Assembly: GCA_963718615.1 (NCBI GenBank)
Contig: OY970368.1
Location: forward strand, 4,832,001-4,896,000
Length of the DNA stretch: 64,000 nt
Source of the DNA: an uncultured cyanobacterium
Lineage (GTDB): Bacteria; Cyanobacteriota; Cyanobacteriia; PCC-9006; JAAUQQ01
Reading direction: 5' to 3'
The notes beneath the pieces were generated by a model that saw only the letters and a list, made by a program, of their open reading frames with translations, was not told the DNA's origin and did not search any database. The position numbers were made by a program, and so were the translations under genes. Positions 20,705 through 30,200 of the stretch are shown here, piece after piece (position 1 is the first letter of the stretch; every line of letters begins with the position of its first letter).

Positions 20705-21577
20705 TCAGGCAGACCTCGGAGTGGTCAACACAGGTGCTTGGCTCGGGGGCTGAAGCGGAGCAATCGGTTGAGCAGTGACAGTCCGAAGGACGGGAGACTG
20801 TTCCATCTCGTAGGCAAACGGAATGGTCGTACCACTAATGGATTTAGAGGCCCTAGAGGCCAGGAAAATGCACAGATCTGGGACCAAAACCGCTGAGAGC
20901 AGCGGCAGCGGCTGCGCCGGGGCAGGCTGGGGTAGCCATCCCGTCAGCGTCAGCCATTCTGGGCTGCGAAGACGCAGTTCCGACTGCTGGGTCTGGGGCT
21001 GAGTCTGGGTCTGTTTTTGGATCGAACAGATATTATTTACCCGAACCCCGTATTGGGCCTGCTCCTGGGAAACTTGTTGGACCAAGCTGTGGCACCAAGC
21101 TCGCAACGCCACCGCGCCCGAAGCATGGCAAGGTCTCTCTTCTAAGGAGCGCTCAATCCCTAGCAGCACGATACTGCCTCGACTCGCCTGGAGCTGGGGC
21201 ATGCCATATTTCAATAACAGAAGCGTTGCCTTCATGCTGTCAAAGGTGTTGCTGGCTTCTTCCAGGGGATAGGTTTGAAGCGTAGGCGCGGAGTAGGCTT
21301 CCATCCCCGCCAAAATGGCATCCAAACGACCCGATCGCTCGATAATGCCATCGAGACAGGCGATCGCATCCGTCGGTTTTTGCAGCGGCCCGGTGTAGGC
21401 CCAGGCTTTTGCCCCTTGACGACGCAGCAGCCCCACCACCGTTCGACTCCAGCTTTCGGAGTGAGAGTGAATGGCGATCGAGGCTCCTTCGGCGGCCAGT
21501 TTGAGGGCAACTTTGGTTTGGACCGGAATTTCAGCGCCGGTCAGCAAGACTACTTTGCCTTCTAGTTTGCGAATCAT
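20705..21577 (-). CDS. SDR-family oxidoreductase-like protein (degenerate motifs)
   Basis: LEGKVVLLTGA, GRLDAI, GVRVNNI, FLAS..S..ISG. Confidence 0.7.
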   Translation of the reverse strand: MIRKLEGKVVLLTGAEIPVQTKVALKLAAEGASIAIHSHSESWSRTVVGLLRRQGAKAWAYTGPLQKPTDAIACLDGIIERSGRLDAILAGMEAYSAPTLQTYPLEEASNTFDSMKATLLLLKYGMPQLQASRGSIVLLGIERSLEERPCHASGAVALRAWCHSLVQQVSQEQAQYGVRVNNICSIQKQTQTQPQTQQSELRLRSPEWLTLTGWLPQPAPAQPLPLLSAVLVPDLCIFLASRASKSISGTTIPFAYEMEQSPVLRTVTAQPIAPLQPPSQAPVLTTPRSA

Positions 21578-21743
21578 AGCTTCAGTCCTCTTAATGACTG
21601 GTGTTAGCGCAACTTTATTAGCGTTGAGGCCGTGTGAGTGAGTGATTTGGCCCGCGTTAAGCTAACGTCTTCTCCCGGTATGGTAGACCGCAAATGTAAA
21701 GATGTTGATAAGAAAAGATTGGCATTGTTAGGATTTCCCTAAC

Positions 21744-21784
21744 AAAAACCCCAGACGTTCGACCGAATCGCGAACGGCTGGGGA
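21744..21784 (-). terminator. Putative terminator after bicA
   Basis: CCCCAG.CGTTCG / CGAACG.CTGGGG stem plus T-run on the minus strand. Confidence 0.65.
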
Positions 21785-21819
21785 TAAATCAAGTGCTGGA
21801 AGCCCAGATGAGAAATGGA

Positions 21820-23556
21820 TTAACCCGTAACGGGTCCAAAATCGGTTGGGGTTGTAGGAGTTCCTGTTGTGATGGTTGCATCCACAAGATTATCCGCCTC
21901 TAATTCGGGCGTCTGACCGAGGAAATAGAGCGATCGCGATAGCGCTTCCTCCCGACTGTAGGTAATATTTTCCGCCGGAATTTGCCCCCAAATCTTCAGC
22001 TTCTTCAATCGCTGCAACACCTTACCCCCTGCACCCACAATCAAAACCTGGCGTTTGGCATCGAGAGCCTCTTGGATGGCATTTTCCAATGCCAAGGAGG
22101 CGGTAACCCCCAAATGGGAGACATCTTGCAGATCAAGAATCAACACTTTATTTTGATCAATTACCGCATGCTCACGGGAAATGGTTTTGGCCACGCCAAA
22201 AATCATCGGACCACTGAGCTGAAGCAACAGCACCTGCCCCTGGGCTTGGTTGAGCAAGGACTTTTCTTGGGGCGTCAGGCGAATTTCGTCGTCCGCCACG
22301 GTAATGGCTTTCACCTCCTTCGAACGAATTTCAGTCAAGCGCTCAATTGTCAAAATATTGGCCACGAACACCCCAACACCGACTGCCGCGATCAAGTCAA
22401 CGAACACAGTCAGAGCAATCACACCATAGAGAATAAACGCAGCTTTCCAAGACAGGCGATGGGCACGCTTCAAAAATCCCCAATCGACGATATCTAGACC
22501 CACCTTAAAGGCAATCCCCGAAAGCACTGCCAGAGGAATGGGCTCCGTAAGATTAGCAGCCCCTAAAATGACAACAAGCAAAATGCCCGCCCGAGCCAGA
22601 CCCGAGAGCGCCGTTTGGGCACCCGCTTGAATATTGACCACCGTGCCCATCGTGGCACCGGCACCGGGCAACCCCCCCAGCAAACCCGACATCAGGTTGC
22701 CAATACCTTGACCCACCAGCTCTTTATCAGAATTATGTTGTGTACGGGTGAGGCTGTCCGCAACCACAGAGGTCAGCAGCGCATCAATACAGCCCAGCAT
22801 CGCCAAAACCAACGCATCTACCACAATCAACTGTAGGTCCGCCGCTGTAAAAAAGGGCAAGTTCAGCGAGGGCAGGGCATTGGGGATTTCGGCAATGCGA
22901 CGAATATCCACGCCAGGGAACAGGAACAAGGACAACACCGTTCCCACAATCAAGGCCAGCAACTGAGGCGGCACGATGCGCTTGAAGCGCGAGGGGGTGA
23001 AGAATAAAATGGCAATGCTGATGCCCCCCAGCACTAGCTCCGGCACCTGAATATTCAAGAGAAATTCCGGCAGCTGACCGAGGGTCCCGAGCACGCCCCC
23101 CTTCGGGTTGGCATAGCCCAACAGCGGTGCGAGTTGCAGCACCATCAGAATAATCCCGATTCCCGACATAAAGCCCGAAATGACGGTATAGGGCATCTGG
23201 GTGATATATCGCCCTAGCTTCAAAAACCCAAATAAAATTTGGAACACTCCCGCTAACATCACCACGGTGAAGGCCATGGCCATCCCATTGTCCGCATCTC
23301 GGGCAAGGAGATCCGCCACAATGGTCGTAAAGACCACAGTCATCGGCCCTGTGGGCTCCGAAATCAGCGTCGGCGTACCGCCAAATAGGGCGGCAAAAAA
23401 ACCAATGATAATCGCACCATACAAACCAGCAACTGCTCCAGCGCCGGAGGTGATGCCGAAGGTGAGTGCCATGGGTAGCGCAATCACAGCGGCGGTAACA
23501 CCGCCGAAGAGATCACCCTTGACGTTGCGCAGATGAATCGTATTCGTAATTGACAT
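21820..23556 (-). CDS. bicA: SulP-family sodium-dependent bicarbonate transporter
   Basis: ITNTIHLRNVKGDLFGGVTAA, ISEPTGPMTV, GAGATMGTVVNIQ, STAS domain LSGPMIFGVAK. Confidence 0.93.
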   Translation of the reverse strand: MSITNTIHLRNVKGDLFGGVTAAVIALPMALTFGITSGAGAVAGLYGAIIIGFFAALFGGTPTLISEPTGPMTVVFTTIVADLLARDADNGMAMAFTVVMLAGVFQILFGFLKLGRYITQMPYTVISGFMSGIGIILMVLQLAPLLGYANPKGGVLGTLGQLPEFLLNIQVPELVLGGISIAILFFTPSRFKRIVPPQLLALIVGTVLSLFLFPGVDIRRIAEIPNALPSLNLPFFTAADLQLIVVDALVLAMLGCIDALLTSVVADSLTRTQHNSDKELVGQGIGNLMSGLLGGLPGAGATMGTVVNIQAGAQTALSGLARAGILLVVILGAANLTEPIPLAVLSGIAFKVGLDIVDWGFLKRAHRLSWKAAFILYGVIALTVFVDLIAAVGVGVFVANILTIERLTEIRSKEVKAITVADDEIRLTPQEKSLLNQAQGQVLLLQLSGPMIFGVAKTISREHAVIDQNKVLILDLQDVSHLGVTASLALENAIQEALDAKRQVLIVGAGGKVLQRLKKLKIWGQIPAENITYSREEALSRSLYFLGQTPELEADNLVDATITTGTPTTPTDFGPVTG

Positions 23557-23640
23557 AATGCAAGGACAGTGAGGTACACCGTAACTCTGGCGGCAAGACG
23601 AGATGTCTTAGCCCTGAAATCTATGCAAGATTAAAAAATG

Positions 23641-23656
23641 ATTGAAATTAGTCTAT
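23641..23656 (-). promoter_or_regulatory. Possible NdhR/CcmR (LysR) operator upstream of bicA
   Basis: Minus strand ATAG-N8-CAAT, one mismatch to ATAG-N8-CTAT. Confidence 0.4.
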
Positions 23657-23788
23657 CTGTAAACCGACGAGCTGTAACCGATCGCGACGGTTTGAATAAT
23701 TGTAATTCCCTATCATTAAAGATGGAATTTAGTTATTAAACGATCAAACGACTTCTGTCCTGCAAGCTGGCTGGCTGAAAACTCAGGG

Positions 23789-24325
23789 CTAAAGCTCTGT
23801 CATCGTGCCTAAATACTTGGTCACAGGAAAATCCTGGGCGGCATCATCCCAAAATTCATCGGTTTTGAGGTAGGCGGGGTAAACCGTGAGCGATCGCGCC
23901 ACATCTCGCTCCACCCAAGCCGCTTCGACAATCGTCAGGGCATCGGTAGCATCAGCGGGCAAATGGTCGAGGCTGATCTGACCGCTGACTGCATCCACGG
24001 GCATGTAAAACGCCACGTGCTGAATTTGATGAATCTCATCACGAAACTCGTGAATATAAGCTACACGGGATAGCTCCACCGTCAGACCCGATTCTTCCTT
24101 GGCCTCTCGACGAGCACAGTCAAAAATGGAATGATCCTCGGGTTCTAAACCACCGCCGGGGGGTAGCCAAATTATTTTTCCAGGGCGAGATTTAGAGCGA
24201 TGCTTAACGAGCAAAATTTCCTGGGGAGACTCGAAAGCCCGTACAATCAAGGCCGCAGCCCGAACACGATGACGCATATTTTCTAAGACTTCTCTAAGGC
24301 TTCTCTGAGACTTTCCCCTTGGCAT
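23789..24325 (-). CDS. NUDIX hydrolase
   Basis: Nudix box PGGGLE......DCARREAKEESGL; start may be the ATG at 24277. Confidence 0.88.
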   Translation of the reverse strand: MPRGKSQRSLREVLENMRHRVRAAALIVRAFESPQEILLVKHRSKSRPGKIIWLPPGGGLEPEDHSIFDCARREAKEESGLTVELSRVAYIHEFRDEIHQIQHVAFYMPVDAVSGQISLDHLPADATDALTIVEAAWVERDVARSLTVYPAYLKTDEFWDDAAQDFPVTKYLGTMTEL

Positions 24326-24438
24326 CTCTAATTATAGGGTTGGAGAGCGATGGCAAGGGTGCTTTGGCCCTCGGCAGGCAAGCAAGCTATGATGAGAACA
24401 ACGTTTTTTCAGTTCTTTGCAGCTCTGCATCAATTCCC

Positions 24439-25314
24439 ATGGTTTCTTTGCCCGTCTCGTTCCAAGAGGAAGAAAATCGTCCCACCCCCTATCCCCAAGG
24501 CTCCGAAGAAAACCGTGCCCTAGACTGGCCTACTGAGGCAAAAATTACCGTCCGGGCCAAGCTGGTGGGGGAGCGGCTGATTCTCAAGACCCTAGAAACG
24601 ACGGATCCTTTGGCAACTAATCCACTGATTGTTAAGGCCGGTGATGCGGGCTGTGCAGTCCTTTTGCGCTACGGAGTCGTGGTGCTCTTCAACCTGACGT
24701 CGATGGAAGAGGCCAGTTTTCTAGAAACGCTTAGGCCCTTTATCAAAGAACCGAAGTCTGACAAGGCGTACGAGCAACTGACGATCGGTTTTGATTCCCA
24801 GGTGAAAGAACGACTCGATCGCGATATTCTCTGGCTGCGGGACAGCACGGTGGAGCGCTTGCAGGTACTAGCGGAAGCTTTGGCCAAAAGCGTGGTTTTG
24901 GAATATTACGAAAATCAGGTGGCGGGGGTGTTCGATCGCATCCAATCCTTCGCCGATGCCATCCAAGACCAACCGGGCGTGCGCCGTCCCAAAAACCAGG
25001 AGCTACTGCGCCAAATTGGCGGCACGCTGCTGATCCAGCACAAAATGGTGGGAATGGTCCAGGTGGGAGAAAAACCAGATCCCATTTGGGATCGTCCGGA
25101 GCTCGATCGCCTTTATTTACGGCTTGAAGATGAATACGAGCTGCGGGAGCGACTGCTGGCCCTAGAACGCAAGCTGTCGTTGGTCTCGAAAACCGCAGAA
25201 ACGGCCTTAGAGTTGCTCCAGCACGATAGTAGCCACCGGGTGGAGTGGTACATCGTGATTTTGATTGTGGTGGAGATTTTGCTGTCAGTGTATGAGCTTT
25301 GGATTAAGGGGTAA
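24439..25314 (+). CDS. RMD1 (DUF155) family protein
   Basis: RYGVVVLFN, ALAKSVVLEYYE, LEDEYELRER, VEWYIVILIVVEI. Confidence 0.9.
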   Translation: MVSLPVSFQEEENRPTPYPQGSEENRALDWPTEAKITVRAKLVGERLILKTLETTDPLATNPLIVKAGDAGCAVLLRYGVVVLFNLTSMEEASFLETLRPFIKEPKSDKAYEQLTIGFDSQVKERLDRDILWLRDSTVERLQVLAEALAKSVVLEYYENQVAGVFDRIQSFADAIQDQPGVRRPKNQELLRQIGGTLLIQHKMVGMVQVGEKPDPIWDRPELDRLYLRLEDEYELRERLLALERKLSLVSKTAETALELLQHDSSHRVEWYIVILIVVEILLSVYELWIKG

Positions 25315-25322
25315 TCTCCCCC

Positions 25323-25354
25323 TTGACTCTCTAGTCGACAGGAGAGTCTACCAT
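25323..25354 (+). promoter_or_regulatory. MerR-family (ZntR-like) promoter/operator
   Basis: TTGACT, 20-bp spacer, TACCAT; dyad GACTCTC...GAGAGTC spanning the spacer. Confidence 0.8.
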
Positions 25355-25384
25355 GACGGGGTAGATTCTTTTGGCTAAACTTCT

Positions 25385-26434
25385 ATGACAATGCTAGGCT
25401 CTCGCAGTCTTTTACCCAATATCGTTTTTCCTTTTATCGCCTATCTATTATTGTTTGTCGGTATGGGCCTGATCGCAGGCTCTGTTGTCCATATGGGCGA
25501 GATCTCGCAAATCTCGCGCTACATCGCGATCGGATCCGTGGGCATGGTGATGTTCGTCGTGGGATCTTACTGGCAAGAGATTCATATTAACCCCAAACAG
25601 TTGCCCAGACAAGAGTTGTTGCGCTACGTGCTGTGGTCTCTGCTCCTAGCCGTGGGCATTGGCATGATCAGCGGGGGCACCCAGCATTTCCTTGATTTTC
25701 CAATATACGCCAGTTTTCTGCTACCAGGCGGGTTGTTTCTAGCCATCGCCGCCTATGTATTGCGCAGCCATCTAAAGCTGTCTTTTAAGGCTTGGAATCT
25801 CTTGTTAGTCGGGACCTTGGCGATCGCCCTGCCGCTCTTCCTCGGCCTCAGTCACTACGCCCACACTCTCCCTAGCGGAACGGGCCATGGTCACGGAGCC
25901 CATGGGCAAACTGAATCCATGCAGAGTGCCTTGCCTGCATCTAGCGAACATTCTTCTAGTGCACACAGCGCTATGGTAGCTATTGCCAGCGATCGCGATT
26001 TCCTGCTAGAGATGATCCCCCACCATCAAGAAGCTGTCGATACCTCTGCCTATTTACTCACTCGAACCTCTGACCCAGCGCTCAAAACCTTTGTGCAAAG
26101 CGTTATTCAGGTCCAATCCCAAGAGGTGGAACAGATGAAACAGTGGTATCAGCAATGGATAGGCCAACCCTATGCCCCTGTTGGAACCTACAGGCCCATG
26201 ATGTCTAACTTGCCCAAAGCCGAAGGTCCTGCCTTAGAAAACGCTTATTTACAAGGAATGATTGTCCATCACCAAGGGGCGATCGCCATGGCCCAACAGA
26301 TCCAACCCTTATCTCAACGACCCGAACTGCTGCAATTTGCCCAGGGAATTATTCAAACTCAAAGTCAGGAAGTCAGCCAATTGGAACATTGGCTGGGCGA
26401 TCGCCAAATAGGGCAAGGAATACATCAGCATTGA
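25385..26434 (+). CDS. DUF305 (CopM-like) metal-binding protein with N-terminal multi-TM domain
   Basis: About 5 TM helices, His-rich linker GHGHGAHG, two MIxHHQxA ferritin-like motifs. Confidence 0.85.
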   Translation: MTMLGSRSLLPNIVFPFIAYLLLFVGMGLIAGSVVHMGEISQISRYIAIGSVGMVMFVVGSYWQEIHINPKQLPRQELLRYVLWSLLLAVGIGMISGGTQHFLDFPIYASFLLPGGLFLAIAAYVLRSHLKLSFKAWNLLLVGTLAIALPLFLGLSHYAHTLPSGTGHGHGAHGQTESMQSALPASSEHSSSAHSAMVAIASDRDFLLEMIPHHQEAVDTSAYLLTRTSDPALKTFVQSVIQVQSQEVEQMKQWYQQWIGQPYAPVGTYRPMMSNLPKAEGPALENAYLQGMIVHHQGAIAMAQQIQPLSQRPELLQFAQGIIQTQSQEVSQLEHWLGDRQIGQGIHQH

Positions 26435-26485
26435 GAGGGTGCAGCAGACAAAGCTGGTACAAGGAAACACCAATCAACGGAAGGA

Positions 26486-26932
26486 TTACAACTCACTCGC
26501 AACACGACCCTGATCATCTGAGTTCAAGCGTTGCAGGGCCTGTAGTCGTTGCTGAGCCAACACAAAAGTAGGATCTAGTTTCAAGACTTGCTCATAGGCT
26601 GCACCTGCTTCCGATAGTTGTTTCAGCATGGTTAGTGCATGGCCGAGGTTTAGGTAGGCGGTCTTAAATTGGGGATCGAGCTTGAGGGCCTGTTGATAGG
26701 CGGCGATCGCCTCTGCCCATTTTCCCTGATTTCCCAGGGCAATGCCAAGGTTGTAGTGAGCCACGGGATTGCGCGGGTCGGTTTGTAGAATCGATCGCCA
26801 CAACGACTCGGCCTCCTGATATAACACCGCTTCTTGGATGGGCTCAGCGGCAAGGTCCTGGGCACAAACCACCAGAGGAGTAGTAGACCAGACTAGCAAT
26901 GCAAGAGAAATTACGAGGGGAAGTCCTTTCAT
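26486..26932 (-). CDS. Secreted tetratricopeptide repeat protein
   Basis: Signal peptide; AHYNLGIALGNQGKWAEAIAAYQQALKLDP TPR repeats. Confidence 0.88.
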   Translation of the reverse strand: MKGLPLVISLALLVWSTTPLVVCAQDLAAEPIQEAVLYQEAESLWRSILQTDPRNPVAHYNLGIALGNQGKWAEAIAAYQQALKLDPQFKTAYLNLGHALTMLKQLSEAGAAYEQVLKLDPTFVLAQQRLQALQRLNSDDQGRVASEL

Positions 26933-27294
26933 GATTCAGACGCAGAAATCAGTGGAAGCCAAAAAGGAGTGATGCAGGTTCTAACGCTTCTTTCGTCTGA
27001 ACTGGGCAAACCTATGCAGCCTGTTTTCAGATCGCGAGTGCCTGATAACGATAGGGGGCGAAAATTCATGATTCCTTCAATTTTGCCAAGCCCCTAAGAA
27101 TGGGAATATTGGCTCTTATTCAGCCCATACCGAGAGGCAAGCGCTAACGCTTTTCGCTCCCGGAGGTAGCTTCCTATAGACTGCACAGAAGTAGACGCAA
27201 GATAACTTTGCGCTCGGATGAAAAGCCGGTCTCGTAAGGGATACAGGAATCTACAGGCGATCGGAATTGTATTTCGGCAGACTTTATCAAAACT

Positions 27295-30200
27295 TCACTC
27301 ATTCGCCAGCCTACCCCTAGAAGCGCAAGGTACCGAGAATGCCAAGGGACGCGATTTTTTCTCGGCTATCAACTGAATCTGGCCGCTAGGCGTCACAATC
27401 CAAGTTTGCGCTTCTATCAGCGGTTTGTGCGGGGATAGGTCTTGAGCCTGCACCGTGGGCGATTGAGTCAATCCGGCTCCCGGTTGAGAGACTTGCGGTA
27501 AGGGTATCCAAGGATTGATCAGCATCGGTGACCCAAAGGCTTCGTCTGGGCTCAACGGAATGCCACCCCGTCCGGTAATCACAAAGGAACTGCGGGAGGC
27601 TTCACTGTTCGGAGCACAACTGCGATCAATCCGATCACTGGGATCAACGAGGCTGTTGGGTAGCATAAATAGGCCCCGGCTAGGGTCGAGATCGGGGGTG
27701 TTGAGGACGATCGTTCCGCTGGTTCCGGTCTCAGAACTGGCGCTAATATCATTGGTCCGGTTAGCACGGAGCTGGTCCCGGTTTTGACCGTCTTTTTGCT
27801 CAAAGTTAAAAATAGTCTGGGCCGTGATGTTGATCCGCCCTCCATCACCACCAATGGCGTTGGCAATGATATCGCTGTTTTCGCCAGGCAAGCCAATCAG
27901 AAAAGCGGTATTGATATCGATATTACCTCCGTTTCCACTGCCTCCGGCATCCGTTTCAACATTACCACCACGACGGAGAACAAGAATATCGCTTGTCAGA
28001 TTGATATCGCCCCCATTACTAGACAGAGTCTGAGCGCTCAAACTTCCCTCAGTATCGAGAACAATGCGCGGTGAATTCACAACTATATTGCCTGCGTCCC
28101 CTTGAGCAGTCGCATTGACAGCAATCTGAGCCCGATCTTTTACCCTAAGTTGGTCTGTTGTTCTCACCGTAATCTCTCCAGCAGCGCCTGAGCTTGTCGC
28201 TCGCGCAAAGATCCCACTGAGGGGTCCATCGACGTCAACTCGATTTTCTCCTGCATTGAGAACACGTTGTTCAAACTGTTCATCCATCCCAGATAAATCA
28301 ATTGATTGAGATTCAAGCCTCACTTTTCCAGCATTCCCCATTCCCCGAGAGCTTGTCAAAATTTGTCCACCATTGGTAAGGCTTAGCTTTTCCGTTTGAA
28401 CATCGATGTTTCCTGCATTTGAGCGACTCACGGTCGTTGAGCTCAAGGCTCCAGCATCAGAAATATTCAAAATTTTTGATTTTAGCTGAATATTACCTCC
28501 AGGACCTGAGGAACTTCGTTCACTTCCAGAGAATAGTCCGCTAGAAACACCCCGCAAAGCACTATTAAATGCAATTCGTTCATTAGGTTTCTCACTCACG
28601 CCCGAAATATTGACAACCTCTGCTTCGATCTTAATATTGCCAGCTCTTGCTTCACCAGATACGAGGGCAATCTCTTCTGATGAGAGACCTTGACTGAGCA
28701 AACCGGCTACATAGTGTCGTTCAAACAGCCTGACATCACTTTCTGGATCAGGAGACTCCGGTCCAACGGGAATTTTATAAATCGCCACTTCATCAATGTC
28801 GCCTTTAAAGGGCTGTGGATACAGAGGATGCTCCCAAGCGCCAATCACTGCAACGGGAGGTTCTCCCTCAAAGGGGCCTTTTGTACCCACTGCAGCTTCA
28901 ACACCATCAATTTCTAAACGGGTTGTATTGCGATAGATAAAGGGTGGTCGACTATAAATAACCTTGGCAACGACATGGTGCCATTGACCATCAAAGGGCA
29001 ATACACCCACCGGTGTATCTAAATCATCTCCCCACAGACCAAGCCGCACGGAGCCATTACTATTCAAACGCAGGTGCAGACTATTCCTGGTTGTACTTTC
29101 ATCATGGGCTCCAAAAAAGACTTGCTCCTTTGGAGGATTGTCTAAATCTGGCTTAATCCATGTCTCAATAATAAATGAAGTATTCCTTAAATCAAGGCTA
29201 TCGTCAATCTGAATGGTGCCATTTGCTTTGCCATCCGTAATCCCAAATTTAGCCGCCGTTCCATCCACTCCAGGAATCAACTGATTAACGATACCAACAT
29301 AGGTTCCATCTACACCATTCCCTGAGCTATCTAGCGCAATAGTGCTATTGATATCATCGAGTTTCCAGTAGGCAATAGGATTATCAGCCTCAACAATCTG
29401 CGCATAAGAAAGACCTTCTAATTCATTGGCCAAAGGTTCTAATGCAATCCCTTCTGTTGTTGCCTCAACTCTTCCCCCTGATGCCAATGTCAATTGAGGC
29501 GTTTTTATCTGGATATCACCACCATTACCAGAGCCATTATTCACACTGCTAAAGATCAGGCTATCTTCGATAACTGAAAGCAAGTTTGCTGCATTAATGG
29601 TAATGTTACCAGCATTTCCAGACTCGCTAGTGTTCGTACGAACTTGACTGTTCTCTCTGAGATTAATCGTTTCAGCATTGAGCAGAATTTCACCGCCATT
29701 AGCAGAAGATTGTGTAGAGGATGATATTTGCCCCTGAATCATTTCAATTTGACGAGCTCGCACTTCTAGCTTCTTAGGACTACCCAAAGACCCCGCACCT
29801 GCATTATTCAAAATCCAAGCACTTCTTTCGGCTCGGAGGGTGTCTTCTACATCGAGAAATATCTCTCCGCCACCGGCTAAGCCAATGGATCCAGCTTGAA
29901 TGCGGCCACCATTATCCAAAAAAATATTTTTTGCCCTTACTCGAATATCTCCTGAGTTTGCCCCAGGCGCATTGACATTTTCACGCGCATCCGTAAAAAG
30001 TCCACCCCGATCAATGGAAAGATTTTCCCTTAAATAAACAAAAATTCCATCATTACTGCCCTTCGTATTAATTCGAGAGGTAACAAAAGAATTCCTAATT
30101 GTTAGAGCATTTGCATTAAACGTGATTGAGCCAGGTCGTCCCCCCTGGTTACTTCCTGTATTAGCGACTCGAGAAATATTGTCCATCAACATATCCCCAG

